Positions 1 through 11,299 of a DNA stretch of 42,380 nucleotides are shown piece after piece. Location: positions 65,007,238-65,049,617 of the forward strand of contig NC_068985.1 in NCBI RefSeq assembly GCF_001194135.2. Reading direction: 5' to 3'. The notes beneath the pieces are model-generated. The model searched no databases, had not been told where the DNA came from, and saw nothing but the letters and a program-made list of their open reading frames with translations. This stretch comes from Octopus bimaculoides (taxonomy: Eukaryota). A program made the translations under genes and the position numbers. Numbering within the stretch: position 1 is the stretch's first letter; every line of letters starts with the position of its first letter.

Positions 1-410
1 TAGGGAGACAGGTTATAGGTCTGTAGTTTTGTGGTTTCTCTGTTTCCGTGGATTTGGGAATTAAGATGGTTTTCCTTTTCATGAGCCATTCAGGCATTGT
101 CTCTGGCTCTGCTAGTATGTTGTTAAAGTTTTCTGCCAGCTTTTTGTGCACTCCTGGCAGGTGTTTTAACCAGAAGTTGGGGATCTTGTCGTGCCCAGGT
201 GCCTTCCAGTTGCTTAGTCTTTGCAGTGTCTGGGTGACCTCTTCAGTTGTTATAGGAGTCCAGAGTTGCTCAGGTGCTAAGTTCGTTGTTTTAATGGTCC
301 TTTTCTGGGGTTGTTGCTTCACCGACCATATTTGTTTCCAGAATTCTTCCAGTTCTTCTGCTGTTGGTACTGCAGTAATGTCTATTTTATTTTTACCCAG
401 TTCTTGGTAG
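1..410 (-). mobile_element. R4/Dong-like (RLE-type) non-LTR retrotransposon fragment, RT N-terminal region
   Basis: Manual minus-strand translation gives ...EEFWKQIW...NWKAPGHDKIPNFWLKHL...PEWLM...TILIPK...NYRPITCLP. This is the RT domain 0-1 signature of R2/R4/NeSL-group elements, and it runs off the window edge. Confidence 0.8.
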
Positions 411-414
411 AGTT

Positions 415-455
415 TTTTTATTATTATTATTTTATTATTATTATTATTATTATTA
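415..455. repeat. (TTA)n microsatellite
   Basis: Directly visible. Confidence 0.95.
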
Positions 456-689
456 AGGTGGCAAGCTGGCAGAATTGTTAGCATCCTGGACGAAATGTCT
501 AGCGGTATTTTGCCCGTCACTACATTGTGAGTTCATATTCTGCCAAGGTTAGCTTTGCCTTTCATCTTTTCAGAATCAATAAAGTAAGTACCAGTTGTAT
601 ACAGGGGTTGATGCAATCAACTTACCCACTCCCCAGAATTGCTGGCCATATGCCAAAATTTGAAATGATCATTATTATCATTATTATTA
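455..689 (+). mobile_element. tRNA-head SINE, copy 1, with (ATT)n tail
   Basis: Head ggtggcaagctggcagaattgttagca with B-box-like gagttcatattc, central gcctttcatcttttcagaatcaataaagtaagtaccag, and a simple-repeat tail. A homologous copy follows immediately. Confidence 0.75.
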
Positions 690-921
690 AGGCAGTGAGT
701 TGGCAGAATTGTTAGCATGCTGGGAAAGATGCTTAGCAGCATTTCATCCATCTGCACATTCTGAGTTCAATTTCTGCTGACTTTGCTTTCATTCTTATGG
801 GGTCAATGAAATAAGTGCCAGTTGAGTACTAGGGTCAATTTAATCAGCTCATGCCCGTCTCCATAATTTCAAGCCTTGTATGTATAGCAGAAAGGATTAT
901 TATTATTATTATTATTATTAT
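689..921 (+). mobile_element. tRNA-head SINE, copy 2 (tandem), with (TAT)n tail
   Basis: ggcagtgagttggcagaattgttagca...gagttcaatttc...ctttcattcttatggggtcaatgaaataagtgccag aligns to 455-668. Confidence 0.75.
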
Positions 922-1227
922 GGCCACCATACTGTGAAGTCATGGAAATTTGGTGCTCCATAAGTTGAAAAAATGTTTGTAATCTTTTCGGCCTTCTCAG
1001 GCCCTGTCTTTTCATTTCTGTTGTTGCCATTACATTTCTGAGATTGTCTGGACTGCGCAGATAGTATTTTTGTGTAGAAACACCTCCTGTTTTGCAAGGG
1101 GTTCACTTCAATAATTTTAAAATTTTAACTGCTTTCAGCAGAAACAAATATTTTGCAATTTTCTGTAATTATTTAAAGATGGCTGATAAAGAAGCCATCA
1201 TAATCTATACTATATATAAAACAGAGA

Positions 1228-1250
1228 TGTGTGTTTTGTGTGTTCGTGTG

Positions 1251-1290
<40 letters not shown>

Positions 1291-1469
1291 AATACTACAT
1301 ACACACCGCTCTCTCACTCTGTCTCACACACATACACACGCACACACATACACACGCACACACATACACACGCACACACACACCTTGACTCACTCACACT
1401 CTGTCTCTTACAAACACACACATACATAAATGTATACAAACATATTTACAAAGACACACGTGTGTATGC
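1228..1469. repeat. Compound (GT)/(GA)/(CA) microsatellite block
   Basis: Directly visible. It explains the low-complexity ORFs here. Confidence 0.95.
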
Positions 1470-1983
1470 NNNNNNNNNNNNNNNNNNNNNNNNNNNNNNN
1501 NNNNNNNNNNNNNNNNNNNNNNNNNNNNNNNNNNNNNNNNNNNNNNNNNNNNNNNNNNNNNNNNNNNNNNNNNNNNNNNNNNNNNNNNNNNNNNNNNNNN
1601 NNNNNNNNNNNNNNNNNNNNNNNNNNNNNNNNNNNNNNNNNNNNNNNNNNNNNNNNNNNNNNNNNNNNNNNNNNNNNNNNNNNNNNNNNNNNNNNNNNNN
1701 NNNNNNNNNNNNNNNNNNNNNNNNNNNNNNNNNNNNNNNNNNNNNNNNNNNNNNNNNNNNNNNNNNNNNNNNNNNNNNNNNNNNNNNNNNNNNNNNNNNN
1801 NNNNNNNNNNNNNNNNNNNNNNNNNNNNNNNNNNNNNNNNNNNNNNNNNNNNNNNNNNNNNNNNNNNNNNNNNNNNNNNNNNNNNNNNNNNNNNNNNNNN
1901 NNNNNNNNNNNNNNNNNNNNNNNNNNNNNNNNNNNNNNNNNNNNNNNNNNNNNNNNNNNNNNNNNNNNNNNNNNNNNNNNNNN
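1470..1983. other. Assembly gap (N run)
   Basis: Ns. Other gaps are at 14521-15083, 24694-25579, 27813-27822 and 37082-37945. Confidence 1.
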
Positions 1984-2058
1984 ACGGCCACCCTCGAAAT
2001 GGTGTCTTTTATGTGCCACCCGCACAAGAGCCAGTCCAGGGGCACTGGCAACGATCCC
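1984..2058 (-). repeat. One unit of the ~62-bp RTE 3'-UTR repeat
   Basis: tttatgtgccacccgcacaagagccagtccaggggcactggcaacgatccc is the reverse complement of the units at 24466-24693. Confidence 0.85.
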
Positions 2059-2272
2059 CATTCTAATTTTCGTAAAAGTTTCCAAGTACCAATGAGGCTT
2101 TTTGGCACATCTTCAATTTTCCCCATTCATGAGAGGCTCCCAGCCATCATACATCTGAGAGTCCATCTACAGAATGTCCTCAAATTTCTATACAGCATAT
2201 TTTGCCTTTTTTTCTTCAAGTATATAAGCAACAATTTCATTCCCGAGCAATGCCGGGTGCCTCTGCTAGTGT

Positions 2273-3590
2273 TTGATAAAGGAAAGAATTGAGAATATGA
2301 ATATCGAATGGCCTAAACTTAATGATGTCACCAAGGTGAAAAATGTTTCGTCTCTAAGTAACATCAAAACTTTTGGTGTCTACAATGAGAACAACAACAG
2401 CAACAGCAACAGCAGTGACAGCAACAACAATATGAAAGAAATGAAACATGAAAATGCAAATATCACCTCTGCATCTTTTGTGTCAGCAGTGGGAAATATG
2501 GAAAGTTTCCACATAGATGAAGAAGAATTAAAATTGGCAAGAAAAACTGTAAAAGAGATGGGAGAAGTGTAGCTCTAAACATTTCATCCAGCATGATATA
2601 AAATATCGCAAGATACACAGTGGGTGGAAAATGCACATGAGAGCGAAGTCCAAAAATGCCTAGGGTGCGTGTAGGAATAAAAGACCCACATCACCCAAGG
2701 AAAGAAGTTTGAAACCATTCAGGTGAGATTTGGGATGGAAGATGAAGCTAGATGTAATTCCACAACCACTTTGAGGAATGACAACTTTTTCTTAATCCCC
2801 AACTATCATGGGCAACACCTTGTCAAGGTTAGGGTGCTGAATGTTCCACCAGAAAAATCCATTACCTGTTTAATGGAAGCCGTCTTGGCAGGTTTAGAAG
2901 AAAATGAAGCCACAATATTGGAAGTCAAGAAACTACCTATGCAAAACTGGTTAGGTATAGGTATGGAACTGACCTTACAATGCAAACAGGACCATATCGA
3001 CCAGCTGCCTGATCTAATCAATCTCCTGGATGGTACTCACCTGTCAGTGTTCATGAGAGTAGAAAGCTAAGATGCCATACATGTGGATCTGTAAATCATT
3101 AAAGGCTTTCTACCCTGAAACAAGGAAAAATAAAGTCCCACTTCTGCCAACATTACAAACACCACAAGTGCTCAAGACTCCTACTCCTGCTCCCACACCC
3201 ATGTTCACGCTCATTCCCAAACCAAGACAAAGAAGGAGTCTAACCTCAGTTGCCACAGAAAAGCAAGTGTCTCTTGAATGTTCTTCCTCCCAAACCAACA
3301 TCAACTGCAATGACATGGAGAAAGAAGAGCTGAACAATCAATGAATCACGGTGACAAAAGGGGGAGGCAAAAGAGGAGGAAAGTACATAGCCCTACTCCA
3401 AGAAATCAACAAAAACTTATTCTGAAACCACAACTGCAACACAATTCACAACCACTCCAACAAAAACAACAAGAACAAGATCAGCAACTTCAAAATCAGC
3501 AACATCATCAACAACAGCATGAAATCACAGAAACAACCAATTACAGAACTTCAAAAATATTCATCAGACTGTAGACCAAATGTATCCATC
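2273..3590 (+). pseudogene. Decayed ORF1 (gag-like) of an L1/Tx1-clade LINE
   Basis: LIPNYHGQHLVKVRVLNVPPE... is followed by a broken zinc knuckle RCHTCGSVNH[fs]LKAF(Y)PE (CX2CX4HX4C with the last C mutated, about 3071-3120) and a Q-rich tail. It lies directly upstream of an APE-type ORF2. Confidence 0.65.
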
Positions 3591-3914
3591 AATTTCATTA
3601 TTGTGAACAAGTGTAACAGTAAATTGATAGATTTTGTAAGTTAAAACAAAAATAAAATAAAGACAGAGGAAAAGGAATTTGAGGATTTCATCCTCAAAAC
3701 TCCCAAGGACAGATTTTTAATTAAAACATTGGCAGACATTTATAAAACTGTAATAGAAAATTTCCCAGGTAGTGTGGGGATTTTAAAAAAATCTGTTGAT
3801 AAAAGTCTGTTGGAAGGACTTTTTAAAAATTTTTCACCAGTAGAGAGGCCCAGAACTTCCAGGCTTCTTGAAAATCAAAGTGAGTAACCTCCTCATTTTC
3901 TTTCTCTGACTAGC

Positions 3915-5105
3915 ATGGCTGTGCTGAGAATGAAGTGTGTAAATGTGCATGGCCTGGGATCAGCTTGGAACAAAGTCACTTGCTCAACATTCTCAGGTCA
4001 GTTGATTTGGATGTGGCTGCCATTAGTGAAACAAAGCTCTCCAGAAAACATACTCTAGCATCCATTTTCAAGGACTACTAGGTATTCTCATCTTGTGGTC
4101 TATCAGGAGCAGGTGGTGGTGTAGCAGTGCTTCTCCAGAAATCCTTAGATCTCCAAGTATGGGCTATCTTCCTGGACCCAAATGGTAGAGTAGTGGTCCT
4201 GGACATGAATGGCAGCGAAGGTGGCACCTTTAGACTGGTGGCAGTTTATGCCCCAACAGGGGCTGGAAGGCCAGATTTCTTCAGGTGTCTAGAAACATTC
4301 TTGGGAATGGGTGACTGGAACAGTATTTTGGATGCACAGAAGGATGGTGTGGATGTAGTACATAGTAGGAATGTGTGTAAAAGCCTCGAAAATCTGCTCA
4401 GAACTTTCCAACTTTCTGACAGGTACCGACTGGATTTCCCTGGTGTTCCAGTGTGAACCTGGAGCAACCACAGTGAGTCATCCAGATCATATTTAGATAG
4501 AGTATTTGTTAGGTCAAAGGATAGGGATAGCATAGGTTGTCCACAATTTAAATTGGTTAGCTACACAGATCACAAATTTGTGATATGCTCAGTTGATTTG
4601 GATAGGAACTGGTTATTGGAAGTTGAATTCATCCTTACCAGCTCACAGAGACTATAGGGACGGGATTAGTGAACTAGTTACGCGGCAGTTGACAGGGGCT
4701 ATCATCAACAACCAGTGGTGGATCGCTTTGAAGAGAGCGATTAGAGCAGAATTGATAGTGTTTAACAAAGATTTAACAATAGAAAGAAATAGATTAGAGG
4801 GAGAACTAGTTAATAAACTAGAAGAGGCTATTAGTAAAGGCATCATGACTGACGTGTTAGCAGCGAGAATGGCCCTTGACCATTTCTTTTAGGCAAAACA
4901 CAAAGGGTGTGTTGTCAGAGCTAAGTCCCATGCACTAAAACACAAAGGAACTAAAGCCATCCGATGGGGCTGAATGGTAGAGACGAGATATGAAAACAAA
5001 ACCATGATCAAGTCTTTGACAGATTGGGACGGATGCATGCTACTCAGTTCTGAGCAGATGTGTGCAGCTTTCCAGCAGCACTTTGCACTGCTGTTTAGAG
5101 AGAAT
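3915..5105 (+). pseudogene. L1/Tx1-clade ORF2 N-terminus (APE endonuclease + linker), frameshifted, RT absent
   Basis: Motifs MAVLRMKCVNVHGLG, AAISETKL, FRLVAVYAP, GDWN, SYLDRVFV, TDHKFV and GYWKLNSSL. Homology stops at FQQHFALLF, before the RT. Confidence 0.85.
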
Positions 5106-5824
5106 ACCAGTACTTTATATGTAGAAAAGTTCTTATTTTTTTTATGCTTATTCATTGCACTTATCAGTCTCCATTTGCTTGCGTATTTTCATATTCCCAC
5201 TCTTGTTATTGTATTGCCATTTTCTGTTTGTCAAATCCCATACTTCCTCAGTGAACTGGGATGGCAAGTGTATTTACACCTATTAATTTTTTTTTTAGCA
5301 TCAGACTCTTCTGTAGTAGATGAATGGACAACTTGTAGTAGTTTCTTTTATATACTAAGCACTATCTCTTGTAAATATTTTTAAATCATTCTTATAGAGG
5401 AGATTGTTTAAAGTTTGTCCATAACATCTATAACTATTGGTGCTTTATTCAACAGATTTGTAAATGGAGGCAGAGCTTGGCAAAAGAGTAGAGAGGATGA
5501 TGAAATTTCTTGAAAGACTCCTTATTTTAGGGATATAAGGCTGGTTTTGATTATCTGCTCTTTGTTTTATAGCGATATGGTTGTTTTACAATTGAAGTGG
5601 CATGGTTGATATATTTTGTTAGCAATGGTTTATTTATGTACAATGTTGGGATTTTGCTTTGTGTTTATACAAGCTGACTTCAAGTCTCACCCAGAGACCT
5701 CAAAAGACATTAAGTTAGAAGCTCAAGTTGGTATTATGAATAGGGTGGTTAATAACTGCCATGTTTTTAGATTTGTACAAAGTATTATTTTAGGCTTGAA
5801 ATCGGAGAAGAGTTTATCATAAAT

Positions 5825-6492
5825 TCATCATCATCATCATCATCATCCTTTAGTGCCTGTTTCCCATACTGGAATAAGTAAGATGGTTTGACTGAGACTA
5901 GTAAGCCGGAGAGCTGTACCAGATTCCAATTTGATTTGGCTTGGTTTCTATTGCTGGATGCTCTTCTTAATGCCAACCAATCCATGAGTGTAGTGGGTGC
6001 CTTTTACATGTCACTACCACTGGCCATGATTACAATTTCACGTAGCTTGACATGTCTTTTCAAGCACACCAAATTGCCAAAGGTCTCAATCACTTGTCAT
6101 CACTTCCATGAGACTCAATATCCAAAGATCAAGCTTCACCCACTCATCCTGTGTCATTTTCACAGGTTCTCTCCACACTTGGAGTTCAGCACTTATTTAC
6201 ACAGCTGTCCTCATCCATTTGCATCACATGACCATACCAACACAGCCTTCTCTCTTGCACGCCACATCTGATGCCTCTTATATCCAATTTTTCTCTCAAG
6301 ATGCTTACACTGTGTCTTACATACACACTGACATTGTACATCCAGCGAAGCATACTAGCTTCATTTCTTTCAAGACTTTGCATGTCCTCTGCAGCTACAG
6401 CCCATGTTTCACTGTCATGTAGCATGACTGTTTGCACACAGGAATTATACAATATACCTTTCATTCTGAGGGAGAGGCCCTGTGTTACTAAC
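5825..6492 (-). mobile_element. Old RTE-clade LINE 3' end (C-terminal ORF, 3' UTR, (GAT)n tail)
   Basis: ORF 6186-6464 reads VQTVMLHDSETW...RRLCWYGHVMQMDEDSCV. The UTR matches other RTE tails in the window, and (CAT)n is at 5825-5846. Confidence 0.85.
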
Positions 6493-6684
6493 TGTTGTGG
6501 CGAGAGTCATTGACACCCCTGGGGAATTGGAAGAATGGATTAACTGAATTCTCATAAAGAGTAGAGGTCAGTAGTAGTCGCGAAGAGAGGGCATTTTGAA
6601 GCCCTGTAAAGTACATTGTGTGAACACATTGATTTTATCTCCGCTGCATAATCTATATATCCAACATATGCCAAGGATTTAAAA
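6493..6684 (+). repeat. Gypsy 5' LTR
   Basis: tgtggcgagagtcattgaca... aligns with 10770 onward, with 21 substitutions and 1 indel in the first 147 aligned nt. Confidence 0.88.
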
Positions 6685-6685
6685 G

Positions 6686-6695
6686 TGGTGACAAG
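6686..6695 (+). promoter_or_regulatory. Putative primer-binding site (tggtgacaag)
   Basis: TGG-starting motif immediately after the 5' LTR. It can be read as TGGCGACGAG with both CpGs decayed (inference). Confidence 0.55.
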
Positions 6696-6761
6696 ATATT
6701 CAAAGCTTGCATCGGACGTTAAAATTTTTTGGGGGTACGAAACCAAAGAAAAAAATCATTA

Positions 6762-9700
6762 ACATGGAAGACTTGGTGGCTTGCGTGGTGCAGTTGCAAC
6801 AGCCATTACAACTACAACAGCAACAACAACAATACCAGTAGTTACTGGAAGTAATGTTGAAGGAGTCTGAAAATACTTCAGGTTCATTCTTGTCAGACAG
6901 CATAGCAAATTCAACTGCAGAATTTATTTATAACCCAGAAGAAGATACTACTTTTTCTGCATATTTTAAAAGATACGAAGAAATCTTCGAAGAAGAATGT
7001 AAAAGTTGGAATGACAAGAAGAACCATAATTACTTTTAAGAAAGTTATGCCCTGGCAAACATGAAAAATACTATAACTATATTCTGCCGAAGAAACCAGG
7101 TGAGATTTGTTTTGATGCAACAGTTAATTTGTTATTGAGAATTTTCAGTGAAAGAAGTTCCCTGTTTAATACTCATTGGCAGTGTTCAAATTTAGTTTAA
7201 AAAAATGATGGAGATTTCATCACCTATGTAAGGGTTGTTAAGTGAGAGTGTGAAAAATTCAAATGAAATGAATTAACCCTGGATTTGTTCAAATGTCTAA
7301 TTTTTGTTCAAGGGTTAACAGCAAGAAAAGATACTGATATATGTTCCTGTGTATTAACAAAATTAGAACAGAACCAAAAATTAACTCTATAGGTAGTGGT
7401 TGAAGAATACCAGAGGATTATAAATTTAAGACATGACGTGAAGAAAATTGAAGAAAAAGATTGCTCTCAGATACATGCATGTCTCCCTGAAACAGATAAG
7501 AAAAAGGAAAAGCAAATGTCAAGACCAAATCCATGTTATGGGTGTGAAGGTTTATATTTTAGAAGTAATTGCCTTTCAAAAATCGAAAATCTTTTGAGTG
7601 TGGAAAAATCGGACATAAAAGCTAACATTGTATAAGTGAAACAAAAAAAAGGGTCATGCAAAAAAAATTCTAGGAAGAATGTATTGTTAACCAAATTTCT
7701 AAGCAAGGCTCAGAAAAGAAAATTTGTGTCCAGAAAAAATGAATAATGTGAATATCAAGTTACAATTGGATACAGCTAGTGATATCACAATAATTAATAT
7801 AGATACATGGAGAAAAAAAGGAAAACTTTGAAAATTGTGCGAGGTGCTTCAGGAAAAAAATTGCATTTTATGGGTGAAATTATAAGTGATGTTACATTTT
7901 GTAGAAAAACCTTGAAAGCCAAAGATTTTGTATTGAAAAATATGACAGATTTATTTGGAACAGACCAAATGGAACTATTTAACTTATGGGACCTTCCTAT
8001 AAATATTTTTTGTAAGAATGTGCATGGTTCTTCTTCTGACAGAGGATTTAAAAAAAGAATTAAAACAAATTTTTCCTGAAGTTTTTTCTGAGGAATTTGG
8101 TCTTTGCACCAAAACAGAAATGAAGTTTCAAGTGAAAGAAAATACTATACTGGTATTTAAACCAAACTGAATGGTACCTTTTGCAGCAATGAAACAAGTC
8201 AACAAAGAATTGGATAGACTTGAAAAGCTTGGCATTCTTGAAAAAATTAATTACACAAAATGGGTGTCCCCATCAGTTTATATCAAGAAAAGAAATAATA
8301 AAATCCGAGTATGCACTGAGTTTTCAACGGGATAAAATGAATGTTTGATGCCATATAATTACCTGTTACCAAATCTGGAGGAAATTTTAGCAAAGTTGAA
8401 TGGAGGAAAATTTTTTTTCAAAGTTGGACCTATCTGAAGCATATTTGCAGGTGAAAGTCAATGAGGAATGTTCGAAATTATTGACAATAAATACCCGTAA
8501 AGGGTTGTATAAATTTAATTGACTCCCCTTTGGTATAAAAGTAGCGCCTGATATTTTCCTAAAAGTTATGGACATTATGCTCGCAAGTTCAGATTTCACT
8601 GTAACTTACTTTGATGACATACTCATAAAAAGTGAATCTTCAGGGTCAGCCTGCTGAGCATGTTAAAAAGGTCTTCAAAAGAATAAAAGATTATGGGTTT
8701 AAGCTCGGTGAGAAAAAGTATGAATTTTTTATGCCAAGAATAAAATATCTAGGGCAGATTATTGATGAAAATGGACACAGACCAGACCCATCTAGGGCAA
8801 GTGCAATAAAAAACATGTCTTCCCCAACGAACATTATGATGTTGCAAGCATTTTGGGGGCTTGCAAATTACTACCAGGTATACACACCGAATATGCACGA
8901 TTTAAGAGCACCCCTGAATAACTTCTGAAAAAAATTAAAAACATCCTAACATCAGAATTGTCGTTACACATTTTGACCCAAATAGTAGTAGCAGCAGATA
9001 CTAGTGAAAGTGGTATTGGAGCTGTGATTTTACACAAGTATGAAGATGGTAGCTCATGCTTTGCATTCTTTATTGTCAACTGAGAAAAGCTACAGCCAAA
9101 TAAAAAAGAGGCATTAGCCATCATATTTGTGGTAAAAAAATTCCATAAATTTATACATGGAAAAAAGTTCCATCTGCAGAAAGACCACCACTCATTATAG
9201 TCGAAGGTTCTGTCTGCAGATAGACCACTACCCATTATAGTCAATCTATGGATCTAAAAAAGGGTATCCCTATTCATACTGCTAACAGATTGCAGTGTTG
9301 GGGAACAATCCTGCTGAATTACAACTTCAAGATGGAGTATTTGCCATCGAAAAAAATGGGAGAAGCAGATGGTTTGTCAAGATTAAAACCAAAATACAGT
9401 GAATCACTGGAAAACACATTAAAAGCTGAAAATAAAATACAAAATATATTATGCAATGTTGTGTGTGAATTGCCTGTAACATTGATGGAAGTGAAAATTA
9501 AGGCAGAAACGGACGAGTTTATCATAAAGATGAAAAAAATTGTGAGATCAGAAAGAACAAATAAAATTATATGTGTGGCTGGACATAACACAGTTTCGAA
9601 TTTGTGTTCAATATATGTATTCACAGAGGGTCATAATGCCTATCTCACTACAAGGTCAAATATTAAAGGAATTCCACTCTGGACATCCAGGAATTTCTAG

Positions 9701-10570
9701 AATGAAGTCGTTTATGAGTAGTTATGTTTACTGGACAAAAATGGATCTTGATATCGAGAAGTTGGTAAAATCTTGCAGAGGGTATGCCCTTGCACCAAAA
9801 TCACCACCTATAAAATTTCAACCTTGGGCCAAGACTGATATTCCATAGTCCAGACTACATATAGACTTTGTAGGACTGTTAAACCGATCATATTATCTAA
9901 TTGTGGTAGATAGCTTTACTAAATGGCCAGATATGTGTAAATGCAGAAAACCAGCATCCATAGTAATAGTTGAATTTCTACACAAACTTTTTGCTAGGTA
10001 TAGTGTCCCAGATATCACAGTCTCCAATAATGGTACACAATTCACGGCAAATGAATTTAAGAATTTTTGCAAGATGTACTCGATTGAACATATAACTACT
10101 CCTCCGTATCACCCAAGATCTAGCGGGCAAGCGGAAAGATTCATGGATACATTTAAAAGAGTATTAAAGCAATCAAAAAACATGCTAGTTGATGATGCAA
10201 CATTGACAATTCCTGAGGGTTTACAGGATAACACCAAACTGAAATGCTTTTACAGGCAAGTCACCTGCAGAACTAATGTTTGCTCAAAAAATAAAGTCGA
10301 ATTTTGACAAGCTGCTACCAGTAAGAAATGCAAATAAGGAAAACACTAAAAATATGACAAAGTTTTTTAACATTTGTGACAAGGTGTTTTTCAAAATATA
10401 TAAAAATGGAAGACAAGGTTGGGAAGATGGAGTAGTAACAAAAAGAATAGGCAAAATGACATATATGATGAGAGGCGAAAAATGGGAACACAAAAGGCAT
10501 TTAAACCAACTAAAAGATAGATATATGGAAAAAAGAAAAGAGATATCCATGGCACCTTTGATGTTCTAAC
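6762..10570 (+). pseudogene. Disrupted gag-pol of the Gypsy element
   Basis: Gag: FIYNPEEDTTFSAYFKRYEEIF and knuckles CYGCEG../FECGKIGH. Protease: IKLQLDTASDIT (about 7753-7790). RT: KLDLSEAYLQ...LPFGIK..YFDDILI. RNase H: ADTSESGIGA..KEALAIIF. Integrase: EFHSGHPG...C, HIDFVG, VVDSFTKW, SNNGTQF, GQAERF. Many stops and frameshifts. Confidence 0.92.
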
Positions 10571-10769
10571 ACCATAAGAAATTGAACCTAGTTGTAGTAT
10601 TCACAAGATAGAGGAAACAAACAGAATGGTTGGAAGTAGTGCCTAAACGGAAGAAATATTAAACTTCCCTCGGAGGAAATTCTTAAAAAGAGAGATGCGA
10701 TGAAAGAAAAATAAATAAATACAAATAATAATATTAACTTCCAACAGAAATCAATCTCAAACGAGGAAA

Positions 10770-10965
10770 TGTGGCGAGAGTCATTGACAGCCCTGGGGGA
10801 TTGGAAGAATGGACTAGCTAAACTCTTATAAAAGAGTAGAAGTTGGTAGTAATCGCAAAGAGAGAGCATTTTGGAGTCTCACAAAGTACGTTGTGTGAAC
10901 ACATTGATTTTACCTCCCCATTGTTAAATTATACATTTGGCAATGAGTTTTTCAAGGATACAAAA
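10770..10965 (+). repeat. Gypsy 3' LTR, preceded by purine tract gaggaaa
   Basis: Alignment with the 5' LTR. Confidence 0.88.
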
Positions 10966-11235
10966 CCAACAAAAGTGTTAGCTCTTTAAACTTTGCCCAG
11001 CCTATTCTTATTTTAACAGATACACTCTTGGAGCATCCACCTCCACTGCTGACTTGGTCACCCAGATAGCAGAAGCTACCTACTACTTCTAAGCATTTGA
11101 AAAAGATTATTTTCTATATATTTCTAGTGTTTATTGTACCTATACATCTACCACACACAAAATCTACTTTCTCTGATATTGTCATATCTCTTATGTGTCC
11201 ATAGCTTGCCCTGCTTGATATGTAGAAAAGGTGTA
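10966..11235 (-). mobile_element. Upstream continuation of the RTE interrupted by Gypsy
   Basis: Minus strand reads KLWTHKRY..FVCGRC..SFCYLGDQVSSGGGC..RIGWAKFKELTLLL. It joins VTQGLSLRMKG on the other side of the Gypsy. Confidence 0.8.
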
Positions 11236-11237
11236 GG

Positions 11238-11239
<2 letters not shown>

Positions 11240-11297
<58 letters not shown>

Positions 11298-11298
11298 A
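11240..11298. repeat. (TAA)n microsatellite
   Basis: Directly visible. Confidence 0.95.
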
Positions 11299-11299
11299 A

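Larger units (their letters stand above)
6493..10965 (+). mobile_element. Full-length decayed Ty3/Gypsy LTR retrotransposon (Mag/K02A2.6-like), nested in an RTE
   Basis: Two ~190-bp LTRs, a PBS-like site, a purine tract before the 3' LTR, and domain order gag-PR-RT-RH-IN. The 5-bp TSD is CTAAC (6488-6492) / CCAAC (10966-10970). The ends are TGTTGT...ACAAAA. Confidence 0.92.

Noticed and set aside
1231-2292. Long ORFs spanning N runs (also 14284-15433, 24532-25752, 36810-37997)
   Set aside because: These are artefacts of translating gaps as X.
5400-5820. Possible decayed Penelope RT fragment on the minus strand
   Set aside because: No diagnostic motif could be recovered with confidence.
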